64,000 nt of DNA from Desulfonatronovibrio sp. (GTDB taxonomy: Bacteria > Desulfobacterota > Desulfovibrionia > Desulfovibrionales > Desulfonatronovibrionaceae): assembly GCA_007121655.1 (NCBI GenBank), contig SKKD01000034.1:1237-65236 (forward strand), read 5' to 3'. Both the position numbers and the translations under genes were made by a program. The notes under the pieces were generated by a model. It saw only the letters and a program-made list of their open reading frames with translations, made no database searches and was not told where the DNA came from. Shown one piece after another: positions 48,923 to 57,771 of the stretch. The first letter of the stretch is position 1. Each line of letters starts with the position of its first letter.

Positions 48923-49366
48923 TTAATATTTCTGAATCAGGATCACGCCCAAAATCAGAAAAGTAACTCCCAGCAGGCGCAACACGTTGACCTGTTGCAC
49001 AGGATAACCGATTAGTCCGAAATGGTCCAGAATCAGGGAGGCAGCCATTTGAGCAGCCACCAGTGTACCCAGAAGGGCCACGGCGCCCAGTTTCGGTGCA
49101 AGAATAATAGTCGTGGTTACGAAAAAGGCCCCCATGATTCCCCCTGTCCACAACCAAAGAGGCAGTTTGGACACCACGCCCGGACCCGGCAGGGGAACCC
49201 GCAGCAAAAAGCAAAGAGTCGCCAGGGCAATGGTTCCGACACTGAATGAAACAAAGGCAGCCAGGAAGGGAGTTTTAAGGTGGCTTCCCAGAACGGCGTT
49301 CACACCGGCCTGGACAGGCATCATTATCCCGGCAGCCAGAGCCAGAAGAATATAATACAGTTTCAT
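48923..49366 (-). CDS. DMT family transporter (YdcZ/DUF606)
   Basis: Five TM helices; Q.GVNA, W.WTGG, LILDHFG. Confidence 0.88.
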   Translation of the reverse strand: MKLYYILLALAAGIMMPVQAGVNAVLGSHLKTPFLAAFVSFSVGTIALATLCFLLRVPLPGPGVVSKLPLWLWTGGIMGAFFVTTTIILAPKLGAVALLGTLVAAQMAASLILDHFGLIGYPVQQVNVLRLLGVTFLILGVILIQKY

Positions 49367-49580
49367 GATTTGTGTCCTGAAAATTAAATCTTAACTTTAT
49401 TAAGCATCTTTCTTAAAACGATAACCTTCAGGTTGCCGCATGCCCCCTGCGTAGAAGCGGGCAACGATGAAAAAAATTCCACAAAAAATGCAGCAGCTAA
49501 TTAATGGACTTTTTTATACAGCTTGAATAAACTCAAGTAAACCTTTCATAATCAGTCATTAGGAATGGCTTGAAAACACC

Positions 49581-50210
49581 ATGAAAACATTCATCTTTGA
49601 CCTGGACAACACCCTTTACTCCAAAGCTTTAAACGTATTCGGCCTTATAGATCAACGGATTAACAGGTACATGCATGAAAAGCTTGGCATCCCTGAACAC
49701 GAGGTCGACTCTCTGCGCAGGCATTACTGGAAAATCCACGGAGTGACCTTGAACGGGCTGATGATCCATTATGATGTCGACCCTGAAGATTTTCTCGAGT
49801 TTGTCCATGATGTGGAACTGAAACGCATCTTAAAACCGAATAAAAAACTGAGAAAGGCCCTGAAAAACATAAACTCAAACAAGGTCATTCTCACCAACGG
49901 CTCAATCCGGCACGCTGAAAATGTCTTGTCCGCCTTGGAGATCGATGACGTGTTTCAAGATATTTTTGATGTAAGGGTGGCCTCCTTCAAACCTAAACCT
50001 TTTCCCGAACCCTATCTCAAGGTTCTGGAGATACTGAAGGTTCCCGGCCGGGATTGTGTAATGATCGATGATATCCCGGAAAACCTCAAGACAGCCAAAG
50101 ACCTGGGCATGAAAACAATACTTATAGGCCTGTCCAACGGGCATGCGTTTATTGATCTTTGCCTGGAAAAAGCCTGCGCCCTGGGTGAAATAGCCTATTC
50201 GGACATCTGA
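49581..50210 (+). CDS. Pyrimidine 5'-nucleotidase (HAD)
   Basis: FDLDNTLY, LTNG, KPKP, IDD..ENL. Confidence 0.88.
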   Translation: MKTFIFDLDNTLYSKALNVFGLIDQRINRYMHEKLGIPEHEVDSLRRHYWKIHGVTLNGLMIHYDVDPEDFLEFVHDVELKRILKPNKKLRKALKNINSNKVILTNGSIRHAENVLSALEIDDVFQDIFDVRVASFKPKPFPEPYLKVLEILKVPGRDCVMIDDIPENLKTAKDLGMKTILIGLSNGHAFIDLCLEKACALGEIAYSDI

Positions 50211-50461
50211 GAATCAGTAGTCGATGAAATGTCGCGGCGAGTGAACCGCTAAAATCAGTAAATCGATACAGCCGGGAAGACAGGAATTCCATTCCGCCCA
50301 TACCAGTGGAAGCCGGAATCCGGTTCTTCACTTAAAAAAATGGTGAACTTGTTCCTGCATATAATCACTATCAGAAGAAGAGCTGAGAAGCAGCGAAAAA
50401 TCTCCGTTGTTTCAACATAATTCTGAATCAGGCAAAATCAAACACAAACAGGGAACCGCAC

Positions 50462-50932
50462 ATGAAAGATTTTTGCATTCAGGATAATTATCCTGAACAG
50501 TACTGCCATTGCTACGGATGCGGACGAAAAAACCGGCATGGTCTGCAAATAAAGAGTTACTGGAACGGGCAAAAAGCCACAGCAAGGTTCCTCCCAGGCC
50601 CGCACCATATTGCCCTGCCCGGATATGTTTACGGAGGGCTTCTTGCATCCCTTGTTGATTGCCATGGCATTGCCACAGCATCCGCGGCCATGGATGAAAT
50701 TGAAAGAGACCCGGGAAAGGCAGGTCCGCAGTTGAAACGCTATGTCACCGCGTCCCTTCATGTTGATTATTTAAGACCCACCCCGATGGGGGATGAGCTT
50801 TATCTGACCGGGACAGCCCAGGCCGGGGACAGGGGCAAGGTCATGGTGGAGGTGACAATTTCAGCCGGGGGCAAAGTGAGGGTCAGGGGCCGGGTGCTCG
50901 CGGCACCTATGCCGAAATCCATGGCCGGATAA
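50462..50932 (+). CDS. PaaI/hotdog thioesterase
   Basis: CYGCG..N..GL, YGGLLASLVDCH, VTASLHVDYLRPTP. Confidence 0.88.
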   Translation: MKDFCIQDNYPEQYCHCYGCGRKNRHGLQIKSYWNGQKATARFLPGPHHIALPGYVYGGLLASLVDCHGIATASAAMDEIERDPGKAGPQLKRYVTASLHVDYLRPTPMGDELYLTGTAQAGDRGKVMVEVTISAGGKVRVRGRVLAAPMPKSMAG

Positions 50933-51022
50933 CGAAGGCTTGCCGGGTTTGCCTTTTGCGGAAAGTGATCAGGATCAATTTTAAAAAACTTTACACATTG
51001 GCTTTTCAAGCCTGAAAAAAAG

Positions 51023-51051
51023 TTGCCAAAGCTTCACATTATGGTTAGTGT
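51023..51051 (+). promoter_or_regulatory. Putative sigma70 promoter
   Basis: TTGCCA-N17-TAGTGT upstream of 51112. Confidence 0.4.
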
Positions 51052-51111
51052 TACCCAGTTCACGGAATAAATCCTGATCATAAAATCTTTTATCCGGAGG
51101 AAATATTTTAA

Positions 51112-51345
51112 ATGGCTTATTTTTTACGCCATCCCGACAATTATCCCCTTGAAGAACAAGTCAAATCTTTGGGAGACGAAGAACTTCTTGATTTTTGGGA
51201 AGAAAGTCAGTTTCTGGAGATTTACATAGAAGACGAACAAGTAGTCAGCAATAAAGTCGTAAAGTATGAAGAGGTAATCCTTAAAGAACTGCACATAAGA
51301 AATTATGCAAAAAGTTTCGGACAGCAGCTTGCAGCAGGCAGATAA
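51112..51345 (+). CDS. Small acidic hypothetical protein
   Basis: GGAGG RBS; DEELLDFWEE motif. Confidence 0.7.
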   Translation: MAYFLRHPDNYPLEEQVKSLGDEELLDFWEESQFLEIYIEDEQVVSNKVVKYEEVILKELHIRNYAKSFGQQLAAGR

Positions 51346-51486
51346 GGTTTTTCAGCCGTCAACAAGCTCTGGTTCCAAACCGAACATTGCGAAACATCCA
51401 AAAATCTTTCTGATAAGCCGCCCAGGGACTTGGCAGAGGAAAATCTAAAGCCTGCAGGTTCCTGGCAGGGCTTGTCAAGGATTAAT

Positions 51487-52779
51487 CTAAATATTTCTTT
51501 CGTCCACCACCCGTTTTGATTTGCCCATGGACCTGGGCAGCTTACCCGGATCTATTATTTCCAACTCGGTTCTGACCATGATTTTTTTTCGTATCCTCTC
51601 TGATATGAGCCCGGCTATTACCTGATCATTGTCCACGGATCCGGATGCTTTTCTCTCCACGCTGATTTTCAGAAAATCCAGGCCCTTTTCCCGTCTGAGC
51701 AGGATCTGGTATTCAGAACTGACCTCGGCAAATTCTTCCAGAACTCCTGCCACCTGTCCAGGATAGATGTTTACCCCCCTGAAAATTATCATGTCGTCCG
51801 AGCGTCCGAGGATCATGTCATGCCTTGGAAGACCGAGTCCGCAGGGGCAAGGATCCGTCAGCACCCGGCTTAGATCCCTGGTTCTGTACCTTATAAGGGG
51901 AACACCCTCCTTACAGAGTGTGGTAATGACCATTTCACCTGTTTCTCCGGGGGCTACGGGCTTAAGGGTCTCGGGGTCAACTATTTCCAGTATAAAAACA
52001 TCGGCCCAGTAATGCATTCCAACATGTTCCCGGCACTCCAGGCCTGTTCCCGGACCGTAATTCTCTGTCATTCCGGGAATATCAAAGCTTTCTTCAAGAT
52101 TTAAAGCCTCTTCAATCTTTTTTCGCATTTTCGGTGTGTGGGGTTCAGAACCGAAAATCAGTTTTTTCAGTTTGACCTTGTCTTTAAGGCCCGTTTTCTC
52201 GACCTGTTCGGACAGAAGAAGGGCCATGGATGCTGTAGAACAAAGGCATGTGGGCTGAAGATCAGTTAAAAACCGGAGTTGGAAATCCAGGTTGCCCGGA
52301 CCAAGGGGCACGGCCATTGCCCCGAAGTGTTCGCAGCCAAGCTGAAAACCGGCTCCCGCAGTCCACAACCCGTATCCCACTGCTATCTGAACCCGGTCTT
52401 TTTTTGTCAGTCCGGCCAGTTCAAAGCATCTGGCCATCATGTTTTTCCAGGTGTCAATATCTTTTTTTGTGTAAGCCAGGATCTTTCTTTTTCCTGTTGT
52501 ACCTGACGAGGCATGAACCCGGACGATTTCTTCATGATCAACGCTTAAAAGAGGAAAAGGGTAACCCAGCCGCAGATCTTCCACTGTGGTGAAGGGCAGT
52601 TGTTCCAGGTGGGAGAGTTCTTTGATGTCTCCGGGTTCAACTCCGGCCCGGTCAAGTTTCTCCCGGTAAGCAGGAGAGCCTGTATATGCGTGCTTGACGG
52701 TCCACTTAAGCCCGTCAAGCTGGATTGATTCCAGCTGGTCGGAAGAAATATCAGGAAGAAAACGAAATTTATTGCCCAT
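51487..52779 (-). CDS. Phenylacetate-CoA ligase family protein
   Basis: HASSGTTG, YGLWTAG, RYRTRD, GRSDDMIIFRGVN, GKSKRVVD. Confidence 0.92.
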   Translation of the reverse strand: MGNKFRFLPDISSDQLESIQLDGLKWTVKHAYTGSPAYREKLDRAGVEPGDIKELSHLEQLPFTTVEDLRLGYPFPLLSVDHEEIVRVHASSGTTGKRKILAYTKKDIDTWKNMMARCFELAGLTKKDRVQIAVGYGLWTAGAGFQLGCEHFGAMAVPLGPGNLDFQLRFLTDLQPTCLCSTASMALLLSEQVEKTGLKDKVKLKKLIFGSEPHTPKMRKKIEEALNLEESFDIPGMTENYGPGTGLECREHVGMHYWADVFILEIVDPETLKPVAPGETGEMVITTLCKEGVPLIRYRTRDLSRVLTDPCPCGLGLPRHDMILGRSDDMIIFRGVNIYPGQVAGVLEEFAEVSSEYQILLRREKGLDFLKISVERKASGSVDNDQVIAGLISERIRKKIMVRTELEIIDPGKLPRSMGKSKRVVDERNI

Positions 52780-52817
52780 GTCTGCCCCTTAGTGGAATGT
52801 AATGAAAGTTGTCGGAC

Positions 52818-53351
52818 CTAATACTCTATCCCTTTGCGGGAGCTGATGTTTTTTTGAAAATGATGCTTTATCTCCTGTATTTCCGAAATCATGTCAGCCT
52901 TTTCCATAAGCCACTCCGGGGTGTTTCTGCCAGTGAGAACCAGGCTGGTTCCCGTTTTAGAGGCTTTGTCAATTAGGTCCTGGAGCTCATCCCTGGTTAT
53001 CAGCTCCATCTTAAGGGCGTAGACAGCCTCGTCTAAAACCAGGAGGTGATAGCCGGCGCTGATTTTTTCATGGGCCCATTCCAGAAGCCTGAGTGCCCCG
53101 TCACGATGTTTCTGCAGGTCATTTTTGTTTCGATAAAAACCAATACCTGAGGCCATGAAATCATTTTTCAAAATGGATTTCAGGAGTTTTTGCTCGCCAG
53201 CCTGATTGTCACGTTTGAGAAATTGTCCAAAAGCCACCTTCAAACCCCAGCCTATCGCCCTGACGGCCTGTCCGACGGCAGCAGAAGTTTTTCCCTTGCC
53301 GTGGCCGGTGTAGACCATGATCAGGTTGTGGTTCTGAGTCGGTTCTCCCAA
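52818..53351 (-). CDS. cobO: Cob(I)alamin adenosyltransferase (BtuR/CobO)
   Basis: YTGHGKGKTSAA, QFLK, LVLDE, LTGR, KHHF, GIEY; TTG start 8 nt after GAGGAG. Confidence 0.9.
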   Translation of the reverse strand: MGEPTQNHNLIMVYTGHGKGKTSAAVGQAVRAIGWGLKVAFGQFLKRDNQAGEQKLLKSILKNDFMASGIGFYRNKNDLQKHRDGALRLLEWAHEKISAGYHLLVLDEAVYALKMELITRDELQDLIDKASKTGTSLVLTGRNTPEWLMEKADMISEIQEIKHHFQKNISSRKGIEY

Positions 53352-54643
53352 TTTTTGATCTCCTCGATGATTTTTTCTTCTCCCGGGACTTTCCTGTTTT
53401 GCATGAGCACCCGGCCGTTGCAGATGGTGGTGTCTATTGCTTCGCTGGAAGCTGAATAAACAAGGTTTGAAACAAGATCGTGCCTGGGCAAAAGAGTGTG
53501 GTGATTGAGGTTGATCAGGATACAGTCGGCAAGCATTCCCACGGCAATCTTTCCCATATCCAGTCCGAAAATTCCGGCCCCGTTGACGGTAGCGCATTCC
53601 AGAGCCTGACCGGCTGTAAATATTGTAGGGTCCAGATAGGCGCTTTCCAGGTAATCCTTAAGGTCTTCCTCCAGAATATTTGCCGGAACAGCCGCACTGT
53701 CAAAACTGGATGATTTGGCCAGAAGGGCTGCAATCTTCATTTCCTCGAGCATGTCCAGATTATTGTTGGAGGAGCATCCGTCAGTTCCCAGGCCGATGCA
53801 CACACCTCGATTGCTGAGCTCTTTAAAAGCAAAGATGCCCGAACCCAGTTTCATGTTGGATACCGGGTTATGGACTACCTTCACCTCTCTTTCGGCCAGA
53901 ATATCCATTTCCTTTGCAGTGACCCAGACGACGTGAGCGGCAGCAACATTGGGTCCGAGAAAACCCAGGCTTTCCAGGTATTCCACAGGCCTCATCCCGT
54001 GGGTCTTCACGCAGTCTTCCACCTCTTTCCGTGTTTCAGCAAGGTGAATATTAATGAGCAGATTGTTTTCGGCGGCAAATTCGCTGATCCAGATCAGTGA
54101 ATCCCGGGATACAGTGTAAATGGCGTGGGGCCCCAGGGTATACAATATCCGGTCAAGATCCTCTTTCTCCCTGAAAAACTTCCTGGTCCTGGCCCGGAAA
54201 TCTTTGGCTTTCCGGGGGTCATTGAAGTCAATGAATACGGAAGACAGAGCTGCCCGGATGCCCATCTCGGAAACCGCCCTGAGGGTGGCCGGCATATGCC
54301 AGTACATGTCGCAGAAAAAGGTGGTCCCGGTTTTGATCATCTCCAGGCAGGCCAGCTTAGCCCCGATATAGATGTCATCATAGGTCAATTTCGATTCAAA
54401 GGGCCAGATATGGTCGTTAAGCCAGGTATAAAGCTCAAGGTCGTCTGCAAAACCGCGCAGCAAAGTCATGGCGGCGTGGGTGTGGGCATTAATAAACGAA
54501 GGAAAAACAGCCATGTCCGTGGCTTCAATCACCTCCCGGGCTGAAGCGTCAAGGTCCGGGCCGATGGCTTCGAAGCGGTTACCCTCAATAAATACATCCT
54601 GAACCTGGTCGTTCAGAAGCACATTCTTTATTAGGACAGACAT
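53321..54643 (-). CDS. Amidohydrolase, MTA/SAH (5'-deoxyadenosine) deaminase-like
   Basis: NAHTH, PHAIYT, IHLAET, HNPVSNMKL, GTDG..SNNNLDM. Confidence 0.88.
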   Translation of the reverse strand: MSVLIKNVLLNDQVQDVFIEGNRFEAIGPDLDASAREVIEATDMAVFPSFINAHTHAAMTLLRGFADDLELYTWLNDHIWPFESKLTYDDIYIGAKLACLEMIKTGTTFFCDMYWHMPATLRAVSEMGIRAALSSVFIDFNDPRKAKDFRARTRKFFREKEDLDRILYTLGPHAIYTVSRDSLIWISEFAAENNLLINIHLAETRKEVEDCVKTHGMRPVEYLESLGFLGPNVAAAHVVWVTAKEMDILAEREVKVVHNPVSNMKLGSGIFAFKELSNRGVCIGLGTDGCSSNNNLDMLEEMKIAALLAKSSSFDSAAVPANILEEDLKDYLESAYLDPTIFTAGQALECATVNGAGIFGLDMGKIAVGMLADCILINLNHHTLLPRHDLVSNLVYSASSEAIDTTICNGRVLMQNRKVPGEEKIIEEIKNWENRLRTTT

Positions 54644-54760
54644 GTAAGAGTTCCCTTGGCAGTCGTTGAAAAAAATCCTTACCCAGCTAGACGTTCAATA
54701 TAACCAATTGGCCGGGAGGGCCATGCGTTCTCCCGGCAGGGAATGTTTTTCAAAGGTCTG

Positions 54761-55003
54761 TCAACAGGTGGAGCAGCTTCCGCCGGAACAGCCTGAGCAC
54801 GGACTGGAACCCCTGGTCGTAACCGCACTGGATGAGGAACTGCCTGCCACTATAGGTCCTCCCGTCCTGAACTTGCAGGCTGAGATGAGTTTTTCCACCT
54901 TGTCCGAGCCGCAATCAGGACAGGCGACCTTCTCATCATCCTTAAAAATCAGTTCTTCAAATTCTTTTGAGCATTTTCGGCAACAGTATTCATGTAAAGG
55001 CAT
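54761..55003 (-). CDS. FmdB family Zn-ribbon protein
   Basis: MPLHEYCCRKC..FE..CPDCGS; Cys-rich tail; AGGAGG RBS. Confidence 0.9.
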   Translation of the reverse strand: MPLHEYCCRKCSKEFEELIFKDDEKVACPDCGSDKVEKLISACKFRTGGPIVAGSSSSSAVTTRGSSPCSGCSGGSCSTC

Positions 55004-55012
55004 TATATCCTC

Positions 55013-55621
55013 CTAAAATTTTGTTTGAATTTCATCCACAGCTTCGAAAAGATAATAATCAACCAGCCTGCACAAAAGGTGACCAGCGGTTATTTGTATC
55101 TCCTGAATAATTGGGGTGGACTTATGGTTAACGATCAACAGTTGGTCGCAATGGTTTTTCATTTCCCCGCCGTTTTTGCCGGAGAATCCAACAGTGATCA
55201 TATTCATTTCCCTGGCCTGAATCAGTGCCTGGGTCAGGTTGGAGCTGTTGCCGGAGGTGGAAATGCAGAACAGAACATCTCCGGCACGTCCGAGTGCCTT
55301 GATTTGTTTGGAAAAAACCTGATCGAATGCATAATCGTTGCTGATGGATGTAAGCACGGAAGTATCGGTGGTCAAGGCAATGGCCGGCAGGGGAGGGCGT
55401 TCCATCATAAACCTGTTCACGAATTCAGCTGCCAGATGCTGGGCGTCAGCTGCGCTGCCCCCGTTCCCGCAAAAAAACAGCTTCCCCCCCGCAATAAGGC
55501 TTTGGGAGGCTGTTTTGGCAATTTGAACCAGGGTCTCCCCCTTTTTGCTGAAAAAATTTTCCCTGGCTTCAGCTCCTTCCCTGGAGTGTTCCAGTATGAT
55601 TTCCAATCCTTTGTCCGGCAT
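55013..55621 (-). CDS. gmhA: Phosphoheptose isomerase
   Basis: CGNGGSAADAQH.AAEF, SNDY, STSGNS, IQE. Confidence 0.95.
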   Translation of the reverse strand: MPDKGLEIILEHSREGAEARENFFSKKGETLVQIAKTASQSLIAGGKLFFCGNGGSAADAQHLAAEFVNRFMMERPPLPAIALTTDTSVLTSISNDYAFDQVFSKQIKALGRAGDVLFCISTSGNSSNLTQALIQAREMNMITVGFSGKNGGEMKNHCDQLLIVNHKSTPIIQEIQITAGHLLCRLVDYYLFEAVDEIQTKF

Positions 55622-55874
55622 AGGTGACTCCGTTAATGTTTATGAACTAAATCAGGCGTAGCGTTTGTCTTATATGTTCTGGATTAGTTGAGGTCAATTA
55701 TTGAAAGGAGGAAATCCAAAAGCAAATTTTCATCACACCTGACAAGCAGGAAATTTTAAAAAAAGCCCCTGGCAAATCCCTTTTCTTTTGCCTTGTTTTG
55801 GCATAATTATAGTTTTTTGACGTGATTATTTGCATGTACCTGCATAGTTTTTTTTCCACAGGCTGAAAAACAAA

Positions 55875-56408
55875 ATGACTCAACTTAAAAAGCGCTGCAT
55901 ACCGGTCGAGGGCAGCTGCGTGGTCCTCATCGGCATGCCAGGCTCTGGAAAATCCACCCTGGGAAAACTTATCAGCAGGAGGAACGGATGGGCATGGGTG
56001 GATACCGATTATCTGCTCGAGTCCTGGTGGGGCATGCCCTTGCAGGCAATCAGGGATCACCTTGGACTGGAAGGTTTTTTAAAGGCCGAAGAGGAGATTG
56101 TCTTTTCCATGAGATTTTACAGAACTGTCATCTCGAGCGGGGGCAGTGTGGTCTACAGTCCGCAGGCCATGGAACACCTGGCGCATCAGGGCAAATTTGT
56201 ATATCTCAGGGCAGACCTTGAAACTATAAAAAAGCGGTTAATGGACACTTCCACCAGGGGTTTGGCCAAGAAGGCGGACCAGAGCATCGAAGATATCTTT
56301 GAGCAGAGAAAGCCCCTGTATGAAAAGTATGCCGCCCTTATTGTGGAAACAGACACTGATGAACCAGAGAAACACGCGGATATAATTATTTCATGGCTGG
56401 AAAAATAA
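55875..56408 (+). CDS. Shikimate-kinase-fold kinase, possibly Desulfovibrio-type homoserine kinase
   Basis: IGMPGSGKST P-loop, DTD, GGSVVY; substrate-site region atypical of AroK. Confidence 0.75.
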   Translation: MTQLKKRCIPVEGSCVVLIGMPGSGKSTLGKLISRRNGWAWVDTDYLLESWWGMPLQAIRDHLGLEGFLKAEEEIVFSMRFYRTVISSGGSVVYSPQAMEHLAHQGKFVYLRADLETIKKRLMDTSTRGLAKKADQSIEDIFEQRKPLYEKYAALIVETDTDEPEKHADIIISWLEK

Positions 56409-57001
56409 AAAAAGTGATGCCCAGGGTGGCTTTTCAAAGGCTTTCCAACCTTTACCACAGGATGGCTGTTTCCTACTCCCGGATTGCGGAAGAGATAGGA
56501 TTCACCTGCATGGATTGTCCGGATAACTGCTGCACCAGTTTTTTTCGCCACCATACAAGGGTTGAATGGGCCTATTTTATCAAAGGCCTGGACCAGTGCC
56601 CTGAACCACTTAGAAAAAGAATCATAAACCGGGCCGGGGACTATGTTCGGAAAACCGGTCTGGAGCTGAGCCAGGGCCGGACTCCGGACATAATGTGTCC
56701 GGTCAATGAAAACGGCTTGTGCACCCTTTACGATCACCGGCTGATGATCTGCCGTCTGCATGGAGTTCCCACCTTTCATACCAGGCCTGACGGGAGAAGC
56801 TTTGAATTTCCGGGATGTTTCAGAGTCCGGGAGAAAACCGGGGGTGTAAAGGATTATGCAAAACTGGACAGGACTGAATTTTACAGGGATCTGGCAGCTC
56901 TTGAAAATGCCTTTGTGGGACCAAAGGTCGCCAGGCTTCCCAGGGTAAATCTGACTCTGGCAGAGATGATTGTGGAAGGGCAGCCCAGGCTGTCCGGATA
57001 A
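56393..57001 (+). CDS. YkgJ/CxxCxxCC-type putative Fe-S cluster protein
   Basis: CMDCPDNCC...CPVN..GLC.LY.HRLMICRLHG. Confidence 0.8.
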   Translation: MAGKIKKVMPRVAFQRLSNLYHRMAVSYSRIAEEIGFTCMDCPDNCCTSFFRHHTRVEWAYFIKGLDQCPEPLRKRIINRAGDYVRKTGLELSQGRTPDIMCPVNENGLCTLYDHRLMICRLHGVPTFHTRPDGRSFEFPGCFRVREKTGGVKDYAKLDRTEFYRDLAALENAFVGPKVARLPRVNLTLAEMIVEGQPRLSG

Positions 57002-57114
57002 CAGGGGAAAAATCAGCATTCATATTTAAATTTTCGGATCTAAAAACAGGTGCGCATAGGTATGGATCTTTATTCATTCATCAAACCCTTAAGTTTTGAA
57101 CGCTCGAGGAGAGT

Positions 57115-57621
57115 ATGAAAAGAAGTATTGTTATTCTTGGGGTGCTGCTGGCGCTTATGGCAGGATGTTCCCACTTAAGCGTAAAACATCTGGAAAAAAA
57201 TCCCTTTCACCTGGATCAGACAGAGCAGCTGACAATGCGTTTCTGGGATTTTGAATATGGGAGCAGGGTGGAAAATGGCGATTATGTCGTCGCCGGGGTC
57301 GCATTTCCCAAAACCGAGGTTCTTCCCGACTGGGCTGAGTGGCTGCATGGTTTTTGGCTTTCTGTTTACTTAAGCGATGAAAAGGGAAAAGTACTGGCCA
57401 GTGATCTGATGGTTTTTCCAACCCAGAGAGTAAGTCCTGAGGGTGTAAGATTTGAGTTCAACCTGTCGCCGGATAGAATGCCTGCCGGCAAGGATACTTA
57501 TCTGACATTCGGTTATCGGATGAGTTTGACCCAAAGCAGGGATCGGGTTCCTTTGCATGAAAAATCACCTGCCGGAGAAAGAAGCGTTTTCTTTGCCAGT
57601 GAAGGGGCTCTGGCCAGATAG
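57115..57621 (+). CDS. Putative lipoprotein
   Basis: Lipobox LMAGC; GAGGAG RBS. Confidence 0.8.
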   Translation: MKRSIVILGVLLALMAGCSHLSVKHLEKNPFHLDQTEQLTMRFWDFEYGSRVENGDYVVAGVAFPKTEVLPDWAEWLHGFWLSVYLSDEKGKVLASDLMVFPTQRVSPEGVRFEFNLSPDRMPAGKDTYLTFGYRMSLTQSRDRVPLHEKSPAGERSVFFASEGALAR

Positions 57622-57717
57622 CCGTATTCGTTAAAGCTGCGGATCAGTAGTCTGAGAGGATCTCTCTTCCGTTTATTCCGGCGAAATCGGAATCCAGCTC
57701 TTTCCATGTCCGTCAGG

Positions 57718-57761
57718 ATCACTACATGGCCGATATTAAATCACTACATGTTTGATATTAA
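57718..57761. repeat. 22-bp direct repeat x2
   Basis: ATCACTACATGGCCGATATTAA / ATCACTACATGTTTGATATTAA. Confidence 0.85.
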
Positions 57762-57771
57762 CCACTCCCTA

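Noticed and set aside
53352-53597. Long N-terminal extensions of cobO, miaA, nrfH, hcp and dapB in the ORF track
   Set aside because: They overlap upstream genes or intergenic DNA; downstream starts fit RBS position and/or family length better
54761-54763. Cys-TGA ends of the FmdB protein and of the rhodanese protein (33881) as C-terminal Sec
   Set aside because: Protein lengths look complete, the read-through sequence is not protein-like, and no SECIS was identified
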